From assembly GCF_964355755.1 (NCBI RefSeq), contig NC_092675.1, forward strand, positions 28,802,912-28,866,911: a stretch of DNA of 64,000 bases, in the 5' to 3' direction. Below are positions 51,960-64,000 of this stretch, in pieces. The notes under the pieces were generated by a model. The model saw only the letters and a program-made list of their open reading frames with translations, ran no database searches and was not told the origin of the DNA. A program made the translations under genes and the position numbers. Origin of the DNA: Antedon mediterranea (taxonomy: Eukaryota; Animalia; Echinodermata). Each line of letters starts with the position of its first letter. The first letter of the stretch is position 1.

Positions 51960-53981
51960 CAGTACCGGACAGAATTATTGCAGATTTTGAACGCATTCAA
52001 CGCATTGTTAAAGTGTTGACAACGCGTTGAAACTGCGTTGTCCGTTGGCGTTGAAAGTGTTGAGTTCGTTGAACTGTTTATTCAACCAACACAATGTGTT
52101 GCGTTGAGTTTGCGTTGAAATAACGAACAATCGGATTCGTATGGTATTTACAGATTGCCAGTGTGTATTAGTAGTAGTAGTAATAGTATAAAATACAGTA
52201 TTACAAATATTTAAGAAAACAAACATAATGTGTATTTTTCCGCGGAAACCTAGCTTAATATATTACACTAGGCTGGGCCTACTACTAACGAGTAGGCCCC
52301 GTGTGTATATGAGCCGCGTCTGCCATCGCAGTTAAAAGTAGTGGTCATGTCCTCAATTAATGTGTGCCTATATTAACTGGAGTATTAAATACCAAAGTTA
52401 AGGCGGCGGTGAATCTTGGAGGCTAGGTCACATCGTAATTAATTATTTCCAAACTAAAAACTTCGCAGTACTGTACTACATTTTTCTCGATTATTTATAA
52501 AAACAACGTAGCCTACACCCGCCGCCATGGATCGAAGGCAACAATACACCACCAACATAACGATCCAGCATGGTCGTCGTCTTTTTCACGCATGCTTTTC
52601 GTGACGTGAGGGACGAACTGATCGAAAGGTGAAGAGTTCATTCATTATGAAATAACGCGTAATTAAAAGGGAAAAAATCGTTTAGTTTTATTATTATCCA
52701 TAAATATATCATTATCATGTATTATATTATAAATTAATTATTGTGATGCCTAACGTAACCCATGCAGAGAAAAGCGTTAAATATAATAACCAAGAAATAG
52801 GAATGACCAATTTGATGACAATAGGCAATGTTAGGCGTTTTCTTTAAAATCAAAACCTGTGCCATACCATATTATTCACGCCAAGGTGTAACCCACAAAT
52901 ATTTGAATAACCAAACAATTCAGAATAAAGAACCACTTTATTCTGATGCAAGACAATATATTATTACAGGCGAGGTTTAGGCGTTTTCTCTTTAACATAC
53001 TATTGTTTTGTTTCTTAATATAATTATATTGGCCTCCTCCTGAAACTGTATGAATGGGATGGGAGTTGCGAGAATATGCGAGCGAACAGCCAACATTTTA
53101 AAACGTTTTCAACGCGTTCAACGCTATGGGATTCAATTGTTTAACGTCGTCAATGAACGGTCAACGGGTTCAACACATTCAACACGCTCTATTGTTAACG
53201 TATTCAAAACGCTTTTTGTACTTAAAAATGTAATGTTGTTCGATTTATAAAGATTTAAATTGGTTCATGGGTGTCGGACACGTCAAATTTTTTAGTTCTT
53301 TCAAATTACATTACAACAAACAATGGGACAATTATAAAATAAAAACCAAAATAGAGAAACAATATTTTAACTTTATCTCTTGAATCTCGAACAGCTAAAA
53401 AATGTAGGCCTAAATAAAATTAATTACTTCGTCGTCATTAACGATCGTTAAATACGTCATAACACACGTGGTGTTTTTCTTGAGGAAACCAGGGTGGCGG
53501 CCTCGTGTGTTGATGTCAGTAATTTCCACGTTGTTTGATTTTACGACGTGAGATCGTGTTTTCCCCCGGAAGGCCTACAGTACAGTGTTAACTGTTAGAC
53601 TTGGCATCGACCTTATTATTCGATGTTTTCCTTCACTAAACACTGGGAAATATCACTGTGTGTTTTATTTGGTAACTGTCCGTTCAATACTTAAAAATAT
53701 ATCTAAGCTTCATATATATTTTATTTATATTAAAATATCTGGTAGTGACTGCCGATAGGTATTTTGCCTGTTGTTGTTACTGATCGTTCAGGCGTGCAAT
53801 CGGCCAGTCTAGTGCTGCAGCAGCTAGCGTTGAAATAACTAATTGTTTACTTGACATGCTGATAATGACTTTCGTTGAATAAACAACTAAACGTTGAAAG
53901 CCGTTCAACGCAACGCAAACACAACGCAACGACAACGTGTTGAATGCGTTGGGATTTTTGCAATAATTCTGTCCTGTACTG
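51960..53981. mobile_element. Non-autonomous Tc1/mariner-like element, 2.0 kb
   Basis: TA-CAGTACCGGACAGAATTATTGCA ... TGCAATAATTCTGTCCTGTACTG-TA. Clusters of CGTTGA/TCAACG at both ends and at about 53100-53200; no transposase ORF. Confidence 0.9.
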
Positions 53982-54039
53982 TATGCATCATGGCTTCTGT
54001 AACGAGAGACATATCCCTGTGTAATTATACCAAATGTAA

Positions 54040-54170
54040 AGCTCTGTCTACACTATCAAACTTTATGTGACAAAAAAAATGTGATGTGCCCATATATGGA
54101 CACAATGATGTCATATCACTACCATATGTGGGCATATCACTGCCATATTTGGGCACATCACACTTTTTAG
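54040..54170. mobile_element. MITE family A, right end missing
   Basis: Left TIR and internal motifs. Confidence 0.8.
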
Positions 54171-57100
54171 ATTTAGAGTAAAAGGGAAAAAACAGAGTAA
54201 CCACAATATTACACATTTTTCAGATGGTAAAACAATAAAATTAAAATCAAACATTTATATTTTTCCGCCAATTCCAAAAAAAAAAAGATCGATGGCACCT
54301 GTATCCTGTTAAAATGATTTTTAAAACAATTTTAAATGAATAAAAATTAGAAATATATTTTATTTAATTTATTCATAATTGTGAAAATAATTAATTTAAC
54401 AATGCAAATCCTTTTTTATTCAAAAAAAATTAAAATTTATATCTGTACATTTTGTGATTATTACTTCACAAGCCAGTTGGTTTGCAATTCATCAGTTTGA
54501 GAAGCTAAGTAAATGAAGTCTTTAAAAATAACAAATTACCGCAGCTTGGATTAAATGCCGATGCACATAGTACTTCAATACAGGACGTGATCAATTAAAA
54601 CATGTCTTTTGTGAGGGATTAACTTGGAAAGGTTACACATAATTGCACTAACAGATTGAATAGTGTAATGTGTGTATGTGAAAGAACATTTTAAAATGTA
54701 ATTAATGAAGATAATGCCAACCAGTGTGTATTGCGGCTGGGAGAGAATTCAAAATTCATTGGATCTTGTAACGTAGTTTAAAAATGACAGAACATGACAA
54801 TAGAAACAAGGCCGTGTTTGAAATGTCGTGGCCTAGGATCGAGTCTATTCAACGGAAGGAAAAAATGTACTTCAAGATGGTAGAGGCATTATCCCATGTC
54901 TATCCTGGGAATTACACGTGCCCCAGCGTCTGGACGTGTACACCAATGCATCCCTGTATATTGGTACTTCAGGAAGACATGGAAACTGTTGTAATAACTC
55001 CCATTTCCCATTTTGAAGCATAGAAAACCAGGAAGCCTAAGCGAGGAGTAACAGCTGTAAGTAATGTTAATACAGTGAGGTCAACTTGATTCTGTATAAC
55101 AATTCTGGCTGTCTAAAAATACTTCACAACTATCTATATTACATTACAAGGATTAACCAACCCTGAAATTGGCATAAATTGGTCTGAAAAAAATACAGTC
55201 AATATTTTTTATAGATTTTTCTGGAAAGTAAATTGAAAAAACAGTTAAACTGAGAAAAGAAAGTCACTTTGATAGTAATAAACAAAGTTTAATATTAGAA
55301 GCTTGAAATAATTACATAGCACTATAATGTCGCGGATGCTGTAAAAAGCGGACGCTACAGTGATTTTTTAGGCTGGCTTCTATCATCTGTGACGTGCGAC
55401 GAAATTAGATATGTAGTTGTTTATCACGCATGATACCTTTAAGGTGATACTTTGGCCAGACTCGTTAAAAGGACCACCATCTTGGTATCACATTTCTAGT
55501 AGAAATATTAATTAATTTGCCAAATCACTGATTTTACTTGTTGCAAAGTGTTTTTTTAATTTCTCTTGAGAATCTAATGCTAATAGAGAGTTTGATTATT
55601 TCCTGGATACTGTACTTCAAATTGTTTTATTTAACTACAACTGCCAGTAGCTTAAAATTATTTAATCAAACAAAAACATTGCACGTCTCATCCATGTTCT
55701 CCATTCTGTGAATTTTCTATCAAGTGTGTGGTTACGTCTGTGTCACAAAATAGAATTACTAGTTAGTAGTAAAATAGCTGCGTTTTGTATATTGTGATTA
55801 CAAAACATACAAGGAAAACAAAACTTAAATTCACTTTTAGTTTACTACATAATTCATCACAATTTACTTCAAATATTTTTCTGATGGGATTTTCAATGAA
55901 TTTATGTACAGTATTTTGAGTTTTAGCGCTCTTCTCAAAGTGAAATAGGCCAATGTTGGTTTATCCAGGTAAGTTAGGCACAAAATAAACAACATTCATT
56001 GATGTCTATCGAAAGAAAATAAAGTCTGATGAACTAAGCTACACAAATGAAAAGAATAAAATGTAGAAAATGCAAGACTATCAACAACAACTTACAAAAT
56101 CAAAACAGATTTTGAAGAATTCAATTATACCTTCTTGTCCATGTTTGATGACTGGAAAAAGATGGTGACAACTTTTAAAAGGAATTGTCTTTTTATCAGT
56201 GCAATTTCATTGAACTAGGATCTGAGCCTCAATAAACACATTTACTTTGTTAATATCATTACGCTTTATTGCTTTAGTATAATAATTGCTCATCTCTCTC
56301 AACCTTTATAACCGACTATCAAAACAATACTATTGTACTATAATAATATATAATATTTTTAATGATAATACAGAAGTTTTGATGGTACCTGTAGACATTG
56401 TAACGTATAATAGAAAAAAATTAATAATAAAAATTATCAATTTAAAGCTCAGGTACAGGCATGAATTTTAAATATAATATCTGGTTAATTGTACATAAAT
56501 CAAATATTTGTAACAGAAATCAAGATGAAAAACATGAATTTCCCCATATATGGTCAAATACAAAATTTGGCAAAATTCTGCCAAAAAAAACAGGAAGACT
56601 TTTTTTCAGTAGTTAGGTAGTTAACATAATGTAATAAAATTTCTGATGACTCCCTAGAAGTTGAATAAAACTACCAGAAATGTAAAATTCAAGTTATATT
56701 ACATATTTAGTCATCTGATAAAATTTTTTACCACACCGTTTATTTTTCATAGCTTTTTAAAATGCCTCTCTATTTTCAAAATTTGTGTACAAAAGAATAG
56801 AGATTTTACTGTGTAATTTGAACTATCCCCCCACTGATATGAAAGTGCTAATTTTCAAAAAGCTCCTGTAACACAAATAAAATCCCAAAAATTATGAAAC
56901 ATAGGGGAAACTATAGATCGATAATTATTGGAATGTATGATCAATAGAAATTTTTTGCCCGCACCTGGCCTTTAAATTTAAACTTTCCTTAATTAGGATT
57001 TAACTAATGTACAGTATTTTGATGTTCAAATATCTATAAAATTATGGAGGAAAATTGGCTTTCTGCAACCATCTCACTGAAATTACGTTTCACTGAAGTG

Positions 57101-59107
57101 AAAAAAGGTTCAAATTTATTTAATTTTTTCTTTGATTCTTGTTGAGATCTTGTCAGTTTCAGACCGATATCAATTGATCCAAGTACTGTACAAAAACCTA
57201 TGCTGGAAATACACTAAAAACAACAATAGGTAAACACTACCAAACACAAAGCCTATAACCTTTTGGAGTCTCAAAGCTTAAAAAATATCAATATGGCCTT
57301 CAGGAGTCAACCCCCTTGTGTGCCTTAGTATAGCACCAATGTGAGTCAAAAAGTCAACAATGAAACATCAAAGATAACTTGAACGAAATACGCAACAACA
57401 TCCTTGAAACAACCCAACACCAATACACAGTCAGTGCCTTTAAAGTGCTTTGTCAATAGTTACAAAATAAATTCTGAATCAACACCGTCTATAAACTCCC
57501 GCCGCTTATCCTAAAAGGCTACAACAAAACAAAAATCAGACTACTGCTTTCCACACTTGGTTTTTCTCAAGACAAAATGTCATTGATTTCACAGTCAACT
57601 TGCCCTGAAAGGGTTACCTGCTAGCAGCCATACAACAAGCACAGAACAAACTAAATACAGCTACACTTACCCACTGTCCTAAACAATGCAAAGATTTGAG
57701 TCAGAAATTTGAGAGTTTCGTTCTATATTCTCATTCTGTGGGAACCACAAGTAAATTTCATGCCAAAATTAATTTGCGAACGTCAATGAAAGAATCAGAG
57801 TAAACAAGTTGACAGATTGAGGAACTGAATGGGCAATTTGTATCAGTGATTACGCTAGATATAAATATACGATGAACTGTCGAAAACGATTACACATTTG
57901 TATCATATTGAAGCACCATTTTCTGTTGTTTATACAGTGTATTCTGTTTTTAATTGTCTCTTTTGTTGCAAGAAATTGCTTCTATATGAAAGTAAAAACA
58001 TTTTCTTACACTACAGTAATATCAATAATGAATTCATACAATATACAGTAGTAATCTATTGTAGTAGTTTTGAATTTTCATTAAATACCAAAATGTCATG
58101 GCTATAAATTCTAACAAGTAAACATTTGAAATAACTACAAAATTCATACCTACCAATCAAACAAAAATCAGAAATATTAACTAAACCATTGCTGGTGGTA
58201 TATTATTAACATAACAATACATAACAGTAACAATGCATAACAATGACCATTGTTACATCAAAATATCATTCTACTTGTAAGTTGTAAAAAAAAAATATAA
58301 TCATAAAGTAAATCAATTTTTCTTCATTATAATGTCAATTAGGATAAATTTACAAATGAAAGAAACTTTAATTATGACTTAACCTTCATTTACAAAGAGA
58401 TACTATAACTATGCAAGGAATTCTAGTTTTGCTCTACTTTACTGACAGTGACACTATTCATACTGCACATCTCCTGAAAAGGGAATAATAAAAGTCCTAA
58501 GCTACTACAGAATACAATATAATCTGATAGAGTCACTGTGTCTACACCAAAGGTACACACAACACAGCATCACCCATGTGGTTCCAAACGGCTACATTTA
58601 AAGTATTCTTGTAACTTGTATAGCCTGAGCATTAAATCTTTTTATTAGTAGTTGGTTGAGTGGTAGACAACGAGTCTATATCACTGGTCATGGTGCTCTA
58701 GCGCAAATACGACCATTCAAATCATCTGTTAAAACAGTCCTTAATATACTGTAGCAAGGAAGACATTGAACAATATTTCAGCCAGAACAATGATACTGAC
58801 AGAATAGTAAACAAATTTTTAAATTTAATAAAATATTTTTAGACTGTGACCTTGGCCGTAGCCAATTTAATTAGAATTCTGAATTTATTTGAAATTAATT
58901 GAATGGTAAAATAGTGACCATATTTTAATTATATTCTATTTAATATTAAGTTAACATACTTTTCAGCCAATAAACAACTGCTGTCTAAAGTAGCCTACTT
59001 TTGCACAAGTGAAATTCTTTTCAGGGTTTTCTAATTTATACTCAGTAAATAAGTAATCTAGGATTATAAAAAAGATAATGTTCTGCATCACCGGGCATCT
59101 ACTGTAA

Positions 59108-59264
59108 GGCCTTGTTTACATTCACTATCAAACTTTATGTGACAAAAAAATGTGATGTGGCCATATATGGACATGATGTTGTCATATTATTTGGGAATAT
59201 CCCTACCATTTTTGGGCACATCTAACTTTTTTTGTCAAACTAGTTTGATAGTGTAGACAGAGCT
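59108..59264. mobile_element. MITE family A
   Basis: Right TIR intact followed by taa, left TIR degenerate. Confidence 0.8.
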
Positions 59265-59791
59265 TAATTAATAGGTGACTTCAATTACTTCTCGCTGCAC
59301 ACTATGTACTGTATGGACTTCATAATGTAGAGCAATATCACTGTACAGATAGATAAATATCACGGGCTTAATATAAGCTAACTAATGTACTGTGACTGTA
59401 AGTGTAATGTGAAGGAAGAACATTCACCACTGGTATGTGGTTGACCCCAAGTAGTCCAAAACCTATAAAACACTGTGAAGTGGCAATAAATCATTTATAT
59501 TTTAATATTTCAAACAAAAAGTAAAGTTGTTTACAGTTCAATAAACTGACTATTAACCTGTCTGTTGAAACTCAATAAACTAATAAAAGTAGTTATAACT
59601 TAATTTAGGATAAAGTTCACAATATACAATGATGTAAAATAAAATCTAATAAAGTGTAACATAATAACTGATTATACTCTGTAGACTAATAGAACAAGTA
59701 GAGTATAATACAGTACAGTAAAAATATCAAAATAAACATCATCTACATAATCCTACCACACGGCCTTTGCTTCTTCAAGGAATGTGATAGT

Positions 59792-59957
59792 CAGTGGCGG
59801 ATCGAGGAATTTGAAATAGGGGGGGGGGGGGGGGGCTAAAAGTACTGAAATGAAGTGCTGAACTTAATTTGATGTCCTATCTTTTGCACTGCAATTTGCA
59901 AAAACTTAGAGAGGGACCGGGTCAGCTGCTCCCCAATCCCCCTTTAATCCACCCATG
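59792..59957. mobile_element. Short hAT-like MITE with internal G run
   Basis: Starts CAGTGGCGGATC, ends degenerate ATCCACCCATG, with atagt on both flanks. Confidence 0.55.
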
Positions 59958-60180
59958 ATAGTGACAGATAGACTTCGCCAACAACATCATGGAGACCCAT
60001 GGAGGGGAGCAAAAATAGAGGAAGACAAAGAGTGAGATGGCAAGATGAAATAGACAAGTATTGGGGTACAGTGCAGTAGCAAGGAGCAGCTAGGGATCGT
60101 TCACTATGGCAGAAACAGGCTAAGGCTTTCGTCCAGCAGTGGACTGACAACGGCTGATGATGATGGCTGATGATGATGAT
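59958..60180 (+). mobile_element. RTE-clade LINE 3' end
   Basis: Encodes WRPMEGSKNRGRQRVRWQDEIDKYWG..*..AARDRSLWQKQAKAFVQQWTDNG* followed by a (GAT)n tail. Confidence 0.85.
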
Positions 60181-62742
60181 AGTAACAGTACATGTACCTA
60201 AATGTACAACAGTACAACAAAAACTACAGTATGCACAGGTTGGTACAGTAGATGAAAATTAAATAAAATAAATGTACAAAAGTACAACCAAAATTCTGCA
60301 CAGGTTGATACAGTAGATGAAAACTACTATAGAGTTGTATACAAACTACAGCACCAAACATACAGACACTGTAGACAGTAGTACTTCACTAATGAAGACA
60401 GAAGGCTAACTTAATTTACAAGCTCATTAGTTAATTTGAGCAGAGAGATGAGCCAGATTACAAGACACAAAGTATGATGCATTAAACTCATTAAACCCTT
60501 CCTATTGTCAAAAAATGTACATAATGATAAAGGGAAAAAGCATTTGAATAAATTGATAAAGCTAATTAACTAACTAGTTTAAGCAGATATTTAGAGCAGG
60601 CTGAATAAATGATCAAGCATGGTACAGTACAGTATGTAATGTTTATTTTGTGCAACAATATTTATTTGTTATTAATTTACAATTTATATCAACAAATATA
60701 AATTTAATTATATTAGTTCCGCTGCTCAAGGGTGAATAAATAATATAAAAATAATCAATGAAAACTATAAACATTAAACTGCTCCTTTTGTTACTGAATT
60801 TAATTGCAAATGTACAATAATTTTATTTCAAATAAAAATAACATTTCACAAATTACGGTTTTATTGTCACTGAATTTATTAGGATAATAAGTAGCGTTTT
60901 TGAAATCATATTATCAATATTGGCTGGTCCCACTCACTTCCAATTTCTATAGTTTATTGAAAAATCCATGAATGAAATCTAGCAATCAGTGGAGTTGAAA
61001 CTAACCTGTAATACTACTTAACCATATTGGCGAGGACACAGTTAATCAATACTACGAAATAGCGCTGTATACATGTCGCATTTTTATGACTATTACTGTA
61101 TTATTATTATTATTATTATTATTATTACAGTATTGCGAATGATGTTTGAATCTTATCATCTTCATTTAGATATTCTTTGAATTCAAACTAAATTCTATAT
61201 ATTTCTTTTTTTTTAATTTCTAATAATATCTATTCTTTAAACATTCTTATTTTACTGATGATACAAGATAGAAACTCTAGACTGTAGTTACTCCTTATTC
61301 TGGGTTTCTGGTTTTATCACAATTAGTAAACTTAGGCTAAACTTTACGACTAAAAACTAGTTGATGTCATTGAATTTTTTAATTTGAAAATGTTCATTAC
61401 ATACAGTATATTAGAGATCATGTCAAAATCATTACTGCAGTACTGTAACTACTTTTTGTTACTGGAAAAATGTAACTGCAGTAAAAACATTTTGTCAGTA
61501 CTGGACTCGCATTTATCTTTCCTAATCAAATACTACTGTACATTACTGTTTGTACAGTATGATCATATAGAATTGATTTAACCTTTTTGAAAGACGATTG
61601 TGCAATAACTAAGTTGACATACAAACCGACATCAAATAGCGAAATGAGTTTACTGTACAATCAAAATCTAGCTGGGTTACATCACGAAGTATGACGGGTT
61701 GAATGAGACAGCTAGTGGATGAAGTTTCGACATACGACTCTTTTTCGATGATTATCAATAAGACGCTATACATTCAGGTATTTGCTCAGTGCGTACAGTA
61801 AAATGTCATTAATTTTGGTCAATACAAACTGAATTAAAGCTTTCCAAAACAGATCGCCTAGAATCTACTTCCAGAATTATTAAATTTATATCGTGAAAGT
61901 GTGTAGTTGAGGTGGTATTGGCAAATTGGGAAGTATGGTATTTATTAAGTTATTGCATTGTAATAGGGACAACTTCACTTAACAATTTGGATAGCTAGCA
62001 ATTTAACACCAAGAAATTAAAAATCAATTTAGTTAGTTCATATTCAGGGTTTATCAACAAACTATTTGTGAATTATTTTACTTTACAACCAAACATTACT
62101 GTACTCTAGTTCATGTTTCATGATACAGTGTGACAATCAATTTTAGTTTTATATACCTGAAATCAAAAGTTCTTAACAATTAAAACAAAAAGGTAATGAA
62201 TGTATAATATAGGTGTATTAATGTAACATTGTCCTGTGATTCTGTGCGTTACCAACACCTTTCACAAAATCGAACTAGGATGGTGTGTATCGGAAGTTTG
62301 CCAATTTATGGGTTTCACAGATTTCAATATTGGTGCTTAACTTTTTTTTTTAATTCCTTAAAATGTCCTTGTACATGGCACTTTTTTTATAAACTTTTAC
62401 TCATCCTTATTTATACACAATAAAATATTTGTATCCAATACATTGAGTGATGGTATCCTGCTAGGAATAAATACATAAATAGTTCTAAAGAAAACGATTA
62501 TGGTGAAATGTTACCCATATTAAATATTTCTCTTCAAATATTTTAATTTCACTGAATTCACAACATAAATTAAATTCCACTTAAAACAAAATCCCACTCC
62601 TCCTTTCTTCAAAGCATCTTTTACAGTGGTACACATTTCAACTCCTCATCTACTACATTCAAATTAACATATAGGCTAGGCCTAGGCCAACTTCAGAATT
62701 CACAAATTAAAATCTCTATAAATATATAAACAAAGCAATTAC

Positions 62743-63330
62743 CAAGTTTTCGCCTCTTAATCGGTTCCAATTACAAGAGAGATGTAAAACACAAAAATCC
62801 ACCACGCACAAGAGGCGAGCTGAATGATTAGGTCCAGCTAGCAGCAGCGAAATACTCTCCGCTTGACAATAAATCAGCCGCACACACAGACTGATGAAGA
62901 TAATATGAATACAATATCGTTTATAAAATACGAAAAACAAGTCTGTACATTTCCCGTATCCAAGTAAAATGTTCCTGGATAAACTATATCAATGTCTACA
63001 TCAAAGTAAGTCCAGAAAATAGTTACATTTTCACATAGAAATAGTAAATACCAACACTCTCGTGAAGCCGTACACTCTCGCACTTCGTTCTCCAAAATTT
63101 GTACTTCACCACACACCACACACAGCAAACTGGTTACCTCATTAGCTATGCATGAATAACCGCAGCACACATACAATTCCGAATAAACCTGTGTTTACAC
63201 ACAGCGCTGAAATGGGGCGGTGGTGATATCAATCCGCCATCTGAATGGAAATTACTTAACATCGTATCAATGACCTTGGTACTTAAGTGCTCAAAATTAA
63301 TAATTCCATCTACCTTCAGCGCAAACAATG
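62743..63330 (-). promoter_or_regulatory. Probable non-coding first exon / promoter region of the LAR-family gene
   Basis: The ATG exon has a splice acceptor, so an upstream exon must exist. This is a relatively GC/CpG-rich stretch with no other copy seen in the window. It ends in donor TTG|gtaatt at 62742 and has a GC box (GGGGCGG, about 63214) and a YY1-like CCGCCATCT (about 63234). TSS not determinable. Confidence 0.45.
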
Positions 63331-64000
63331 CCGCTAAATTACACCTTTGGGATTGATCAGACCCTTTGAATGGTCTTTGTTTGAAGTTGTAAGGATTCTG
63401 TCACATAAAAATGATGATTGGCAGCTTCAAAGAGACTAAATGTTCATAACTGCAATATCTCTTTGAGTTTAAGACTTTATCAATGAAAATGGTTTATAGA
63501 ATGTTTAATTTCGTTTCTTTCGACGCAACTTGAAACATTCATTTCCTGCATCTTATTTCGCAATTTACTATACGTTACTCCTCCTAATGTGGGCCTATAA
63601 AGTAATTCGTTTCAGCTTCCACTTTCTTTAGTTATTGATTCCGAACAGTAGATATTGAATACAATTATTATTTACTTGTTTTGGAATTAAAGCAAATATA
63701 TGCGTCAACGTAAATTAAGCCTACTGCAGTATGGGAACTTTTTCATTGTTTCGGACGCGTAAATTAATTTACATATGAGGCATAGTATAATAGGCCTAGG
63801 CCTACAGGTACTTTTTTACAGGTAGTATTGTAGCGAAATGTCACGTAACATCGTCATTCAAATTTTAATTTGAATATTACAATATCTTATCTTCTCATTA
63901 TTTATTTCCATCTTAGTAATGCGTTTTGTTGTGGGTCCTTGCGAGACAAGTTGTAACTTCTAGATCCATGATAATAATGACTACCAATTACTGCTTTATC

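Noticed and set aside
54784-55023. 79-aa ORF with ATG
   Set aside because: No recognisable domain; at most a faint RTE-like FEM motif, too weak to call.
62716-62940. Hydrophobic ORF as signal-peptide exon
   Set aside because: Starts at TTG, not ATG, and its donor is phase 0. A much better signal exon with an upstream in-frame stop exists at 39091-39163.

Overview
AT-rich animal (probably invertebrate) genomic DNA, almost entirely intronic. The window holds the 5' part of a minus-strand LAR-type (type IIa, Lar/PTPRF-D-S family) receptor tyrosine phosphatase gene. I reconstructed four phase-1 coding exons by hand: signal peptide (39091-39163), Ig1 (28232-28507), and Ig2 split in two (7650-7829 and 1256-1366). 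A probable non-coding first exon/promoter lies near 62.7-63.3 kb. The intron splitting Ig2 is the position of the vertebrate mini-exon A (meA). It contains two frame-preserving candidate exons missing from the ORF track (15 nt at 6103-6117; 63 nt at 4204-4266) that would switch N-glycosylation sequons on and off, plus weaker stop-carrying candidates. The introns carry many non-autonomous DNA transposons (Harbinger-, Tc1/mariner-, ISL2EU- and hAT-like), Deu/Nin-domain tRNA SINEs, L2 and RTE LINE ends, a 32-bp minisatellite with higher-order repeats and a perfect 76-bp palindrome. There is also an unclassified repeat carrying a back-to-back splice acceptor/donor, and frequent TACAGTA/TACTGTA motifs that paralog comparison shows to be 5-bp insertions matching transposon excision footprints. 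Nearly all ORFs in the supplied track look spurious. All calls are by eye; no database search was run.
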